From an uncultured Clostridia bacterium (GTDB lineage: Bacteria > Bacillota > Clostridia > TANB77 > CAG-508): 64,000 nt of DNA. Position numbers and translations under genes: made by a program. Shown piece by piece: positions 41,401 through 52,200 of the stretch. The first letter of the stretch is position 1; every line of letters starts with the position of its first letter. The notes beneath the pieces were generated by a model. That model made no database searches, was not told the DNA's origin, and was given only the letters and a program-made list of their open reading frames with translations. The stretch is from NCBI GenBank assembly GCA_947628715.1, contig CANRAW010000002.1, positions 21,206 through 85,205 on the forward strand. The letters are read 5' to 3'.

Positions 41401-44400
41401 AGCAAAAGAAATACATGAAGAAGAAGAAGCAAAAGGTTTAAGCAGTGATTTTGAAGTTCCAAACATTGCTATAACTTTCCCAGACGATAAAACAGAATTC
41501 GAAAGCGTTGTAGGAGATAAAGTTGAAATTGAACCAATAGTCATGGTAACAGGCGGAGATTTTGAAGAAACAAAAGACGAAAACTTTGATCCAAGCAATG
41601 CAACTGCTGATAACCATCCAGACTATGTTCAATATGAATGGTATGTAAATGAATCAAAGGGAACAAATGAAGAATTCAAAAAATTAGAAGGACAAAACAA
41701 GAAAACATTAACAATTGAAAATGTTTCTTTAGAAAATGATAAACACTCATATTATGTTGTTGCTACACCAATGAAATGGAGCAATGGAAAATATGAGCCA
41801 ATGAAGGAAAAAGACACAGATCAAAACTTTAATCAAGTAAGTAGTAGTATAACATTAAGTGTTTTACCAGAGCTTCAATTAGAACTTACAAGTGATGAAG
41901 ATACAAAACCAGTTAAAGGTTCTGATGGAGTTTATACATTAGACTTAAATAAAGGAGATACATATAACTTAATTGCTAATATGTATCGTATATACGAAGA
42001 AGAACCTACTAATAGACCAGCAACTAGAAAAGTAACATGGACAGTTGAAGAAACAGATAAAAATATAATCAAAGTTTCAGAATCAGGATATTTAACTGCA
42101 ACAGATTATAGAACAGACAAACCAGCAACAGTTACTGCAACTGTTAAAGATGTAAATGGTAAAGAAAAGACAGCAACATTAAAAGTATCTATTAATAAGG
42201 TTGATGTAGAAAAAGTAGAAATTACATCTGAAAACATGAAAGTAGAGAATACTTCAGATAAAGTTGTAGAAATGAATGTTGCAGATAATGTAACATTACA
42301 TGCAAATGTTACTCCAAATAATGCTTCATTAAAAAAGGTTATATGGAGTATAAATCCAGGCAGTGACTTAGATATATCAACAGACGGAGTTATAACTATA
42401 AAAGATGTTTCTGCATTAAATGCAAAATTAGTACAAAGTGGAAAAGTTGAAGCAACAGTTACTGCAACAGTTGATGGAAAAACAGATACATGTAAAATAA
42501 GAGTTGTAAAAACTGGTGTAACTGGATTATCAGACGATTATGAACCTGATAGCGATGGAAACCGCAATGTTTCAATTGTAGACCCTACATCAGCAGAACT
42601 TGCAGGAAAAGCATCTGAAGTTAAAATAGATATAAATGTTGTACCAGAATATGCAAGTAATAAAAAGGTAAAAGTAAGTAGCAATACAAACAATAATGCA
42701 GTTGAAGCAACAATTAATGAGGATGGTAACTTAATACTTAAAGCCTTAAAATATGATAAAGATACTCCAGAAAACAACAAAGCAGTTGTTACTGTTGTTT
42801 CAGAAGATAATGCTAATGCAAAATTAGTATATAATGTTACTGTAACAGAGGAAATAGTAAAAATTGATAAAGTTGAAATAGTAGTTGAGGAAAATGGAGA
42901 TACAAAATTAGAAGTTGGCGAAGGTGTCGACTTAAATGCAAAAGTTACAGCACAAGGTAATGAGGTACCAAATGTATCAAAGGTTGAATGGAAAATAAAA
43001 AGTGGAAGTGAATTTGTAGACGTTAGCGATTCAGGATATGTAACAGCTAAAAAAGTTGGAAAAGCAACTATAACTGCAAAAGTATATTGTCAAGAAGCTA
43101 ATTGTGACGGTCATGAAAGCGACCCAATTACTATAGAAGTTGTAAAAACTCCAGTAAAAGAAGTTGAAATTAATGGAGAAAAAGTAATTACATCACAAGG
43201 AAAGAAAACAATTACATTACAAAGAAATGATGATACTACATTAGAAGCAGTTGTTTCTCCAGATACTGCAACATATAAAGATGTTAAGTGGTCAGCTTCT
43301 CCAGAAGGTATAGTTGAGCTATCTAAAATAGATGGAGCTGAAAATGCTATAAAAGTAACAGCTAAAAAAGCAGGAACAGCTACAATAACTGCAACAGCAG
43401 ATGGAGTATCAGCACAAGTTACTGTAAATGTTACACCAATTGCTGTAGAAGGTGTAATATTAGATCCTTTAGACTTAATTATAAAAGATACAGATAAAAA
43501 GGTAAAAATAGGAGTTTCATTATATCCAGAACATGCAGATGATGCAGATGCAAAATATGTAACTTGGGAATCAAGTGATACTAAAGTAGTTAAAGTAGAT
43601 AAAAACAGTGGTGAAATTACACCAGTAGCACCAGGAAATGCTGTTATTACTGCAAGATATAAAGGAAGTGATACAATTTACGAAGAGTGTAATGTAACAG
43701 TTGTATCAGGAAAGACAAATCTTACAGTTTATACAGTTGACCAAAAAGCAAACTTTATAGCTGGAATGAAGGTTTTACTAACAAGAAAAGATGAAAATGG
43801 CTTAGTTTCAAATGTTGGTGACATCGTAACATCTACTGGTAAGGTAGAATTTACAGGACTAGAAGATGGAGAATATACAATATATGTAATGGATAAACCA
43901 ACAGAAGATATACATGGAAACCCATTAAATATAACAAATGTAGTAGAGTTCTATACATTTAAAATAAGCGATGGTAAAGTGTTATATACAAGTTCAGATA
44001 GCGAAGGAAATACAATACTCAAAGAAACAGGAAGTCTTGTACTTGTTAGCACAACAGACGGAACAGATGCAAAAGTTGAAATTGGAGAAGATTTCGACAA
44101 TATAGAAGATAAATATAAAGATTTCTATGAAGAATATAAAGAAGCTGAGAAGAATAAACCAGAAAATAAACCAGGTGTAAATGGCAACGGAGGAAGTGGA
44201 ACAGGTACTGCAAATCCTGATGACCCAGTATATAATGGCAATGAGACAGACGATAATGACAATAATGAAGGAAATGGAGACCAAGAACAAGAGACTCCTA
44301 CAAAACCAGATGATGGAAATAAAGAGGATGAAGACAGCGTTGCTCCAAAGACAGGTGATATCGCAATTGGATTATTTGCTGTTATTATGAACGTTTCTTT

Positions 44401-44461
44401 AATCGGCATAATAGTTCTTATCTGCAAAAAAGGTAAGATTAATGCAAAAACAAAACACTAA
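38414..44461 (+). CDS. Giant cell-wall-anchored adhesin: transglutaminase-like core, many Ig-like (Big_2-type) repeats and a C-terminal (A)PKTG sorting signal
   Basis: Signal peptide MRTKQRTKTQKFLIILTVLALL. The transglutaminase-like Cys/His/Asp context is GVCESYT..PHIWNYV..GVDVTHDD. Repeated ..TATV.DG.....V.V modules occur throughout. The tail is VAPKTGD plus a TM segment plus KKGKINAKTKH. There is no in-frame CGG in about 2015 codons. Confidence 0.8.
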   Translation: MRTKQRTKTQKFLIILTVLALLMGDFKVITLLNSSYASTLPKPERSKLEYFGNQLTGDARKIYDAMFYMYQQGIFMEGESYEIGSTPETKPLSEASLVLFANGNQQLLTYFGAARDAFQNDYPECFYVDWDEISIRVTQSKDGRLHASIGAARSDSYLLSGMNKDRCSVINGGKGTGIQGAVLQYEEKINEVVNKIKSGKLDQEEIEDGEYSNKDEIVRMVGEAHDYVVKHMIYKHEYEVSPTERAIDGITGHNSEHRTEISTSRTVYDGLIYGEGVCESYTRTFKAILDRLGIPCVCVTGLYNPKSTINEPHIWNYVQIDGAWYGVDVTHDDPTMGRFTYTKDSGKETREFFLVGAAQLSGHHIPTKVMSAANYEFEYPVLAADSLRDSYKITTDDGFYIDVEKDTQEDDQTGEMFDSGTFYVSYNHKNFTENAKEGKYIIVRYFTYAPRTDKWEVTNWSYLDPWTASFGEPTLTEKIEPSTPVVVTDGEDKGEYKVVRLELPQIRRAQFAITDVPPAYLSLRTEYENKTWQDRVMVNGMPEPTKEFSDWSARLYDALMAGAAYYTGNVDNLKVKTDEIENKWGNYVAPPYPIKCTPYQGGSLYTEQTHHITIQFDQNLALTKEGAKPGIVVSASSGAGVGVTNAGATAVKYSNISNIKWDGGKIVEFDFTPSDMWADDCTYYNFQVTNLVGYDTGKVPLPVTYGVVFFKTCGRIKPDGVHRVVYAQPMLMDSSDMDMKDWTIEDIDDPSIAQETMGEFLEELGPNQAQNFLDSLKTRITLVTSEPSYVQDQEMKQALRESEYADDFANATKVNTYNLSISVCKKNVVKTGEGVRINLGFPEGTSYEDFAQGGNLAYKAYHYKVDPATDKLTGEVEEIDVTVTRQGLILIVDSFSPFTLIETNKPETTTEKKLVIGTTEGGKVLEGSTVLEGANGIVKLNEGNSKTITITPDEGYEIDYITLDDVRQKIDNKSGETLTIGYDSLNSATLLDVGFVAKEIHEEEEAKGLSSDFEVPNIAITFPDDKTEFESVVGDKVEIEPIVMVTGGDFEETKDENFDPSNATADNHPDYVQYEWYVNESKGTNEEFKKLEGQNKKTLTIENVSLENDKHSYYVVATPMKWSNGKYEPMKEKDTDQNFNQVSSSITLSVLPELQLELTSDEDTKPVKGSDGVYTLDLNKGDTYNLIANMYRIYEEEPTNRPATRKVTWTVEETDKNIIKVSESGYLTATDYRTDKPATVTATVKDVNGKEKTATLKVSINKVDVEKVEITSENMKVENTSDKVVEMNVADNVTLHANVTPNNASLKKVIWSINPGSDLDISTDGVITIKDVSALNAKLVQSGKVEATVTATVDGKTDTCKIRVVKTGVTGLSDDYEPDSDGNRNVSIVDPTSAELAGKASEVKIDINVVPEYASNKKVKVSSNTNNNAVEATINEDGNLILKALKYDKDTPENNKAVVTVVSEDNANAKLVYNVTVTEEIVKIDKVEIVVEENGDTKLEVGEGVDLNAKVTAQGNEVPNVSKVEWKIKSGSEFVDVSDSGYVTAKKVGKATITAKVYCQEANCDGHESDPITIEVVKTPVKEVEINGEKVITSQGKKTITLQRNDDTTLEAVVSPDTATYKDVKWSASPEGIVELSKIDGAENAIKVTAKKAGTATITATADGVSAQVTVNVTPIAVEGVILDPLDLIIKDTDKKVKIGVSLYPEHADDADAKYVTWESSDTKVVKVDKNSGEITPVAPGNAVITARYKGSDTIYEECNVTVVSGKTNLTVYTVDQKANFIAGMKVLLTRKDENGLVSNVGDIVTSTGKVEFTGLEDGEYTIYVMDKPTEDIHGNPLNITNVVEFYTFKISDGKVLYTSSDSEGNTILKETGSLVLVSTTDGTDAKVEIGEDFDNIEDKYKDFYEEYKEAEKNKPENKPGVNGNGGSGTGTANPDDPVYNGNETDDNDNNEGNGDQEQETPTKPDDGNKEDEDSVAPKTGDIAIGLFAVIMNVSLIGIIVLICKKGKINAKTKH

Positions 44462-44489
44462 AATATGAAATAAAAAAAAGTAATTTTTT

Positions 44490-44523
44490 CAGGAAATATG
44501 ATTTATTATATTTCCTGTTTTTT
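44490..44523 (+). terminator. Rho-independent terminator after the adhesin gene
   Basis: CAGGAAATA..TATTTCCTG followed by TTTTTT. Confidence 0.7.
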
Positions 44524-44568
44524 GTCTAATATGAATTAACTCCAAATTCATATTAGACAAAAAACAGG
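44514..44568. repeat. Perfect 24-bp inverted repeat with a 7-nt loop
   Basis: CCTGTTTTTTGTCTAATATGAATT-aactcca-AATTCATATTAGACAAAAAACAGG. It overlaps the 3' arm and T-tract of the preceding terminator and ends just before the sortase RBS. Confidence 0.85.
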
Positions 44569-44586
44569 AAAATGGAGATGTATGCT

Positions 44587-45318
44587 ATGAAAAAGAAAAT
44601 ATGGATTAATATACTTTTGGTTATTTTTATATGTGCATTTTTATATTCAGGGTATAATGTTTTTATATGGCTCAAAAGTGATAAAGAAACTAAGGAATTA
44701 GAAGAAGGGTTATATTCTGAGGTCATTACAGAAAATAAAGAAGAACCAGAAAATGATTTAATTAATGTTGATTTTAATACTTTGAGAAATACAAATAGTG
44801 ATATAATTGGCTGGATTAGAATTAAAGATACATATATTAATTATCCTATTTTACAAGGCGAAACTGACGAATATTATTTAAAAAAGGATATATATAAAAA
44901 CTTTAGTTTATCTGGTAGTATATTTGTAGATAGCAAGGCTAATGCAAATTTTGAAGATGCAAATACTGTAATTTATGGGCATAATATGAAAAATGCTAGA
45001 ATGTTTGCAAATTTACATAAAATAAATAATGGAACACTTGGAACTGACGTAAATGTTGAAATTTATACAAATAATGGTTGCTATATTTATAAAGTATTTG
45101 CTAGCTCAAATTTTGAACCAACTTTTGATACTTTAAAAAAGAATTTTGCAAACCAAGAAGATAAAATAAATTATATCAATGAAGCAATTAGAAAAAGTAA
45201 AGTTAAGTTTGATATGAATAAAGACAATATTAATTATGAAAATAACATTATTACTCTTATAACATGTGATAGTAGCAGTAATAGACGTGTAGTAGTTAAT
45301 GCAGTCAAAATTGACTAA
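44587..45318 (+). CDS. srtB: Class B sortase
   Basis: N-terminal TM anchor. Motifs are IGWIRIKDTYINYPILQG, YGHNMKN and TLITCD. It is adjacent to the (A)PKTG substrate. Confidence 0.75.
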   Translation: MKKKIWINILLVIFICAFLYSGYNVFIWLKSDKETKELEEGLYSEVITENKEEPENDLINVDFNTLRNTNSDIIGWIRIKDTYINYPILQGETDEYYLKKDIYKNFSLSGSIFVDSKANANFEDANTVIYGHNMKNARMFANLHKINNGTLGTDVNVEIYTNNGCYIYKVFASSNFEPTFDTLKKNFANQEDKINYINEAIRKSKVKFDMNKDNINYENNIITLITCDSSSNRRVVVNAVKID

Positions 45319-45413
45319 TTTACAAAAAAATGATATTATATTATATATTTATTTAAAAATTAGCTATGTGTTAGTTATAGATAATGTAATTATTGAAAGG
45401 ATGAATTAAGCAA

Positions 45414-46320
45414 ATGGGTTTTTTTGATAAATTAAAACAAGGATTAAATAAAACTAAAAATAATATTGACGAAAAGATAAATGGTGTTTTTAGCACATTT
45501 AGAAAAGTAGACGAAGAGTTACTTCGGAGAATTAGAAGAGGCGTTAATTATGTCTGATATAGGCATGGATACTTCTTTAGAGATAATTTCTAGGTTAAGA
45601 CAAAGAATAAAAAAAGATAATATTAAAGATGTAGAAATGGTAAAACAGGCATTAAGAGAAGAAATGCAGAATATATTAGATATATGTGATAATAGTCTTA
45701 AATTAAATACAAAACCATCAGTAATGTTAATTGTAGGAGTAAACGGAGTAGGAAAAACTACTTCAATTGGTAAAATTGCAAATAGATTGCAAAAAGATGG
45801 AAAAAAAGTAATGGTTGTTGCAGCAGATACATTTAGAGCAGCAGCGGTTGAACAGCTTGAAGTATGGTCAAAACGCGCAAATTGTGATATAATAAAAAAA
45901 GACGAAAATGCAGACCCAGCATCAGTCGTATATGAGGGAATAAAAAGAGCTAAAGAAGAAAATGTTGATGTTTTAATATGTGATACAGCTGGAAGGCTTC
46001 ATAATAAAAAATATTTGATGGACGAGCTTGAAAAAATACAAAGAGTTATAGAAAAGGAATTACCAGATGCTGATAAAGAATCACTTCTTGTTATTGACGC
46101 TACAACAGGACAAAATGCAATAGAGCAAGTAAAAGCCTTCAAACAAGTTAGCAATATAACTGGACTCGTACTTACAAAACTTGATGGAACTGCAAAAGGA
46201 GGAGTAGTTATAGGTATTGTAAATGAAAATAAGATACCTGTAAAATTTATCGGTGTAGGAGAAAAAATCGATGACATGGAAATTTTTAACTCAGAAGATT
46301 TCACAAAAGCAATTATATAA
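45414..46320 (+). CDS. ftsY: Signal recognition particle receptor FtsY. Needs one +1 shift at CGG.
   Basis: N-terminus is MGFFDKLKQGLNKTKNNI.. The CGG has its C at 45525. The restored sequence is ..VDEELLGELEEALIMSDIGMDT.., followed by GVNGVGKTTSIGK, DTAGR and TKLDGTAKGG. Confidence 0.85.
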
Positions 46321-46343
46321 TTTATGAAAGGAGACATAGTTTA

Positions 46344-49118
46344 TTGTCAGAAGTTGAAAATCAAAATAATACTGAAGAAAAAAGAAATAAAAAGTTAAGA
46401 ACAAGAACAATTATAGTTTTAATTGCTCTTGCTTTGTTTTCAATTGGTGCATCTATTATATATAGAGCAAATTACTTAGAGATATTTGAAATTGGTGAGG
46501 AATATGTTAATATTTTTATGCAAAATGTAAAGTACAAAATTTACTTTGGCATAGCAAATTTTATATTTGTATTTCTTGCATTTTATATTACAAATAAATT
46601 TATAAAAGCAGGACTTAAAAAATTCTTTGAACAAGAAAAGAAAGAAATGCCAAAACTCCCTAATAAGTCAATTGCATTAATTTGTGCACTAATTACAACT
46701 ATAATAGTACCAGATTTATTTTTAGAAAAAATAATATTATTTTTGAATAATGCACAGTTTGGAATTGCAGACCCAATATTTAATTTAGATGTGGGTTATT
46801 ATATGTTTCAAGCACCACTTATAGGAAGTGCATTATTTTACCTTATTGCAATAATTATAGGACTTACAATATATATAGCGATATACTATATAATAACATT
46901 TAATGTATATTTTGATGGAGGAATTGACGGACAAACCCTAAAAAATAATATAATTGTTAAACTTGTAATGGTTAATATTATGATAATTACTATACTAATT
47001 GTGCTAATAATGTTATTTAATATGCAAAATATAGTATTAGATAGCTTTTTAAATATAAACGACACATCCAAAACAGGGCTTGTTGGTGCAGGAACGATAG
47101 ATAGTAGTATTAAACTTTGGGGATATAGAATCTTAGGTGTAATTATAATAATTTCTGTATTCATGGCAATTAGATATTTTAGAAAAGATAATGTAAAAAA
47201 TGTTATAAAATCTCTTTCTATTGTGCCAATATACCTTGCTACATTATTCTTTGTAGTTGTTGGATATAATATGATTTTTGTAAGTGGTAATGAACTAGAT
47301 AAGGAAAAATTTTACATAAATACAAATATAGATTTTACAAAAACTGCATATAATTTAAAAATAGAAGAAAAGGAATTAAACAGTACAGGAACAATTACAA
47401 GAGAAGAAGCAGACAAGAATAAAAAAGTAATTGATAATATTCCAATTACTACGGAAAAAATAGTGCTAGATAATTTATTACAAACACAGACGAATACTGG
47501 ATATTATACCTATAATTCAGCAAAACCAACTTACTATAATGACAAACTAATATATGTTTCTGCAAGAGAAATAAATAGAGAAAATACAACTTATAATAGC
47601 CAAGGAGACGAATATACTCATGGATACGGAACAATTTTAGTTTCTGCAAGTGAGACAGACGAAAATGGAAATACATTATATCTTTCTAAAGATTTTGCAC
47701 AGCAAGAAGTAAGCGAGCCTAGAATTTATTATGGATTAGAGACAAATAGTATAATTACTATATCAGAAGACCAAAGAGAATTTGATTATCCAACAACATC
47801 AACTAGAAACGAAACTTATGTATATAACGGCGATGGAGGAATGTATTTAGATTTCATAGACAAAATGGCACTTTCTATAAAAAATAGAAATTTGAAGATA
47901 CTTTTATCTAAAGCTGATAGCAAAATTTTACTTAATAGAAATATTATAGAAAGAGCTAAAAAAATAATGCCATATTTAATATATGACGAAAAGCCATATC
48001 TAGTTTTAGGGGATGACGAAAATTTATATTGGGTATTAGATGCTTATACAATATCTAATGAATATCCATATTCACAAAAAACTAAGTTTGTCTATGAAAA
48101 TGAAACAAAAGAAATCAACTATATTAGAAATTCTGTAAAAGTAATAATAAATGCTTACGATGGAGATACAAACTTTTATATTACAGATAAAACAGACCCA
48201 ATTGCAATGGTTTACAATAATATGTACGACCAATTATTTAAAGAAGAAAGCGAAATACCAGAAGAAATTTCAAAATATTTTACTTATTCTGAATTTCTAT
48301 ATAATATACAAGCTGAAATGCTAACAAAATATCATGATGTATCTGCAGATGTTTTATATAGAGCAAATGATGTATGGCAAATTGCGTCATATTCTAACTT
48401 AATTACAGCAAACACTACAACACAAATGACTCCAATATATACAACACTAAAAACTGTAGACTCAGAAGAAGGTAAAGTTGGGTTAGTCATAGGATATAAT
48501 ATGTTTGAAAAAAATAGTATGAACGCTTATTTAGTAGGTACAGTTAATGAAGGAAAAAATGTGCTAACTTTATATAAATTCTCAAATGATAGCAGTGTAG
48601 TAGGACCTATGCAGTTAGATAGCCTTATAGGGCAAGACGAAAGAATTTCAAATGAAATATCGAGCTTAAATGTTACAGGAACGAGAATTACAAAAGAAAT
48701 GGTAATTGTTCCAATTGATAACACAATACTTTATGTAATACCAATATATCAAACTTCTTTAAATGAAAAGACAAACAGTGTGCCAATTTTAAAAAAGATA
48801 ATAGTTGCATCTGGAAACAGAGTCGCAATAGGAAATGAATTTAGTGAGGCATTAAAAAATTTACTATCTTCTGATTCTTCTGTTGATATTGAAGTTACAG
48901 ATACAAGCACGGTAGAAGGTTTAATTGATATGATTATTAGAGCAAATAATAATTTGACTGAATCTAATAATTCAAATGATTGGGGACAAATTGGTAGAGA
49001 TATAGAACAGTTACAAAACTTAATAAAAGAACTTGAGGCAAAAAGAGAAGAAAATCAAAAGCAAGAGGAAGATACTAATGTAGATGTGCCAGTAGAAGAA
49101 AATGTTATGAATAACTAA
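46344..49118 (+). CDS. UPF0182 family membrane protein
   Basis: TTG start. 924 aa, with an N-terminal multi-TM region and a large extracytoplasmic domain. No in-frame CGG. Confidence 0.65.
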   Translation: MSEVENQNNTEEKRNKKLRTRTIIVLIALALFSIGASIIYRANYLEIFEIGEEYVNIFMQNVKYKIYFGIANFIFVFLAFYITNKFIKAGLKKFFEQEKKEMPKLPNKSIALICALITTIIVPDLFLEKIILFLNNAQFGIADPIFNLDVGYYMFQAPLIGSALFYLIAIIIGLTIYIAIYYIITFNVYFDGGIDGQTLKNNIIVKLVMVNIMIITILIVLIMLFNMQNIVLDSFLNINDTSKTGLVGAGTIDSSIKLWGYRILGVIIIISVFMAIRYFRKDNVKNVIKSLSIVPIYLATLFFVVVGYNMIFVSGNELDKEKFYINTNIDFTKTAYNLKIEEKELNSTGTITREEADKNKKVIDNIPITTEKIVLDNLLQTQTNTGYYTYNSAKPTYYNDKLIYVSAREINRENTTYNSQGDEYTHGYGTILVSASETDENGNTLYLSKDFAQQEVSEPRIYYGLETNSIITISEDQREFDYPTTSTRNETYVYNGDGGMYLDFIDKMALSIKNRNLKILLSKADSKILLNRNIIERAKKIMPYLIYDEKPYLVLGDDENLYWVLDAYTISNEYPYSQKTKFVYENETKEINYIRNSVKVIINAYDGDTNFYITDKTDPIAMVYNNMYDQLFKEESEIPEEISKYFTYSEFLYNIQAEMLTKYHDVSADVLYRANDVWQIASYSNLITANTTTQMTPIYTTLKTVDSEEGKVGLVIGYNMFEKNSMNAYLVGTVNEGKNVLTLYKFSNDSSVVGPMQLDSLIGQDERISNEISSLNVTGTRITKEMVIVPIDNTILYVIPIYQTSLNEKTNSVPILKKIIVASGNRVAIGNEFSEALKNLLSSDSSVDIEVTDTSTVEGLIDMIIRANNNLTESNNSNDWGQIGRDIEQLQNLIKELEAKREENQKQEEDTNVDVPVEENVMNN

Positions 49119-49244
49119 AACATAACAATTGCGTATTTAAGTATTGACAAAGTTATGTCCAAAATTATATAATATTACATGTAAAATGTAAAAAGGGGGG
49201 TACTTGGTTTTAAAGTACCTTTTCTTGTCAAAAAGGAGATATAA

Positions 49245-52200
49245 ATGCTAGAATTAAAAAATATAAGAAAGACTTATGTTTCAGGAGACGAAAAAGTAGA
49301 AGCATTAAAGGGAATAACTTTAAAGTTTAGAGAATCAGAATTTGTTTCTATTTTAGGTCAAAGTGGTTGTGGAAAAACAACGTTATTAAATATAATAGGT
49401 GGTCTTGACAGGTATACCTCTGGAGACCTTATAATAAATGGCAAATCGACAAAACAGTTTAAAGATAGAGATTGGGATGCTTACAGAAACTATAAAATAG
49501 GATTTGTATTTCAAAGCTATAATTTAATATCACATCAAACTGTTTTATCAAATGTAGAACTTGCCTTAACTATAGGTGGAATATCTAAAAAAGAAAGAAA
49601 ACAAAGAGCAATAAAAGCCTTAGAAGAAGTTGGTTTAAAGGCTCAAATACATAAAAAGCCAAACCAATTATCTGGAGGTCAGATGCAAAGAGTTGCTATT
49701 GCAAGAGCATTAGTAAATAATCCAGATATAATACTTGCAGACGAACCAACAGGTGCGTTGGATACTAAAATCAGTGTACAAGTAATGGAAATCTTGAAAA
49801 AAATCTCAAAAGATAAATTAATAATAATGGTAACACATAATCCAGAACTTGCAAAACAATATTCTAGCAGAATAATTCGCATATTAGATGGAACAATTAC
49901 AGAAGACTCTAATCCAATTTTAACAAATGAAGAACCACAAAAAGAAGATACATCAAAAATTGGTAGAACATCAATGAAATTTTGGACAGCATTTAGACTA
50001 AGCCTAAATAATTTATTAACCAAAAAAGGAAGAACAGTTTTGGTTTCTTTTGCAGGTTCAATCGGAATTATAGGAATTGCATTAGTTCAGGCAGTTTCAA
50101 ATGGTTTTCAAGCGTATGTTGATAGTATTCAGGAAGATACATTAACATCTTATCCTCTTACGATTATGCAAGAAACGACGGATATAACTGGTGCATTACT
50201 TGCAATGACCACAGAGGAACATGAAAAAAACGAAGAAGGAATTGTAAAAGAGGAACAATATATTTCTACAATGTTATCTAGCTTAAGCACGAACGATTTA
50301 AAAAGTTTTAATGAACACTTAAATAATAATTATGATAAAATAGGAAACGATATATCATGTATTTCTTATGTATATGGCATAGATCCATTAATTTATACAG
50401 TTGATGCAACTAAAAAAATTGCTAAATTGAATCCTAGTAATTTGTTTAGCTCAACATATTCGTCAACCGTTATGAGTACATTTACTTCAACATATTCTCA
50501 AATGATAAATGACGAAGGAGCAATAAAAAATTCTTATGATATATTAGTTGGACACTTGCCAGAAAAATATGATGAAATGATGATAGTATTATCAGAACCA
50601 AATACAATTTCAGACTTACTTGTATATTCACTTGGATTAAGAAATACAGACGAATTATCTAATATTGTAACAAAAATAATGAACGGAGAAACCGTAAATA
50701 TAAATAATGAACCACTTACACTTTCGTATGAAGATTTAATGAATGTCGACCTTAGACTTATAATGCCTACAGATACATATAGATATAATGAAAAATATGA
50801 TGTATATGAAGATATGTCAGAAGACGAGGAATATTTAAAAAATCTTTATGATAATGCTATACGTTTAAAAATTGTAGGTATAGTTGCTCCAAAAGAAGGA
50901 GTTACAACTATGATGTTAAATCCAGGAGTATCTTATACAAGTGATTTAATTGATTATATTATAGACAATTCGTCTAAAACAGATATAGTAAAAAAACAAT
51001 TGGAAGATACTGAAATAGATGTCTTTTCAGGAACGAAATTTGACGAAAAAAATAAAAAGTTTGACTTAAATTTTGAAGATTTAGTTAGTATTGACAGTAA
51101 AAAACTAGAAAGTGCATTTAATATAAAAATAGATCAAAATGCTTTACAAAAACAAACAGAAAATTACATGATGGAGATAAATAATTCTATAACAACAGAT
51201 ATATCGCCTGCTAAAAAAGCATTTTCAGACACATTAAATACCTTAGCAAATGGTATGTTTGATAGTATAAAGGGAGAAATTGGAATAAATGATGTAGAAA
51301 AAACGGTAAATAATTACTTAAATAAATCAGAAGTATCAAATATGTTATCTACACTTGAAAAAAATTATGTAATTCCAAAAGATACTTTTAAAACAGCGTA
51401 TGCTGGTATGTTAAAGAGCTTACTACAAATGTATATAACAACATATATAAAGACACAATCACTTGTAATTCCTGATATGGGTGGAACAAATTTACCACAA
51501 AATGTAAATGAAATGATGCAAAATAAAAATAATATTAATCTAGATACAAATATAGTTCCAAATGGAAATACAGTTGTACCACAAATTCCAAATAAGGTAG
51601 TTGATAAGGCAAAAGTTGATAAAGAATTATTAGAACCTATAATGACAGCCTTTTTGAATAGTAGTGAAATTGGTGAAGTAGGAAATACTATGGCAAGGGG
51701 AATGACAGAAGCGGTAATGAAAAAGACTATTTTAACAAAAATTGGGGAACTAACGAGTAATTTAACAAATAGTTTTGCTTCAGCCTTTAATGTAGACCAA
51801 GATAAAATATCTAGTGCATTTAAGTTAAAAATAACAGAAGAAGAGATAACAAGAGTTGTATCAGCAATGATGTCTAATACTGAAAGTTCTGCTAGTACAA
51901 ACTTAAAAGCACTTGGATATCAAGATAAAGAAGAACCAACATATATTTCATTTTATTTCGATAGCTTTGATGGAAAAGAAAGATTTATGGATTTTGTAGA
52001 TTCATATAATAATGAAATGGAAGAAACAGGAAATGACGATAAAGTAATAAATTATACAGATACAACTGGAATACTTATGGGTTCAGTAAAAACAATTGTA
52101 AATGCAGTAACTTACGTATTAATTGCTTTTGTATCTATTTCACTTATTGTATCTTCTATCATGATAGGAATAATTACATATATTTCTGTTTATGAAAGAA

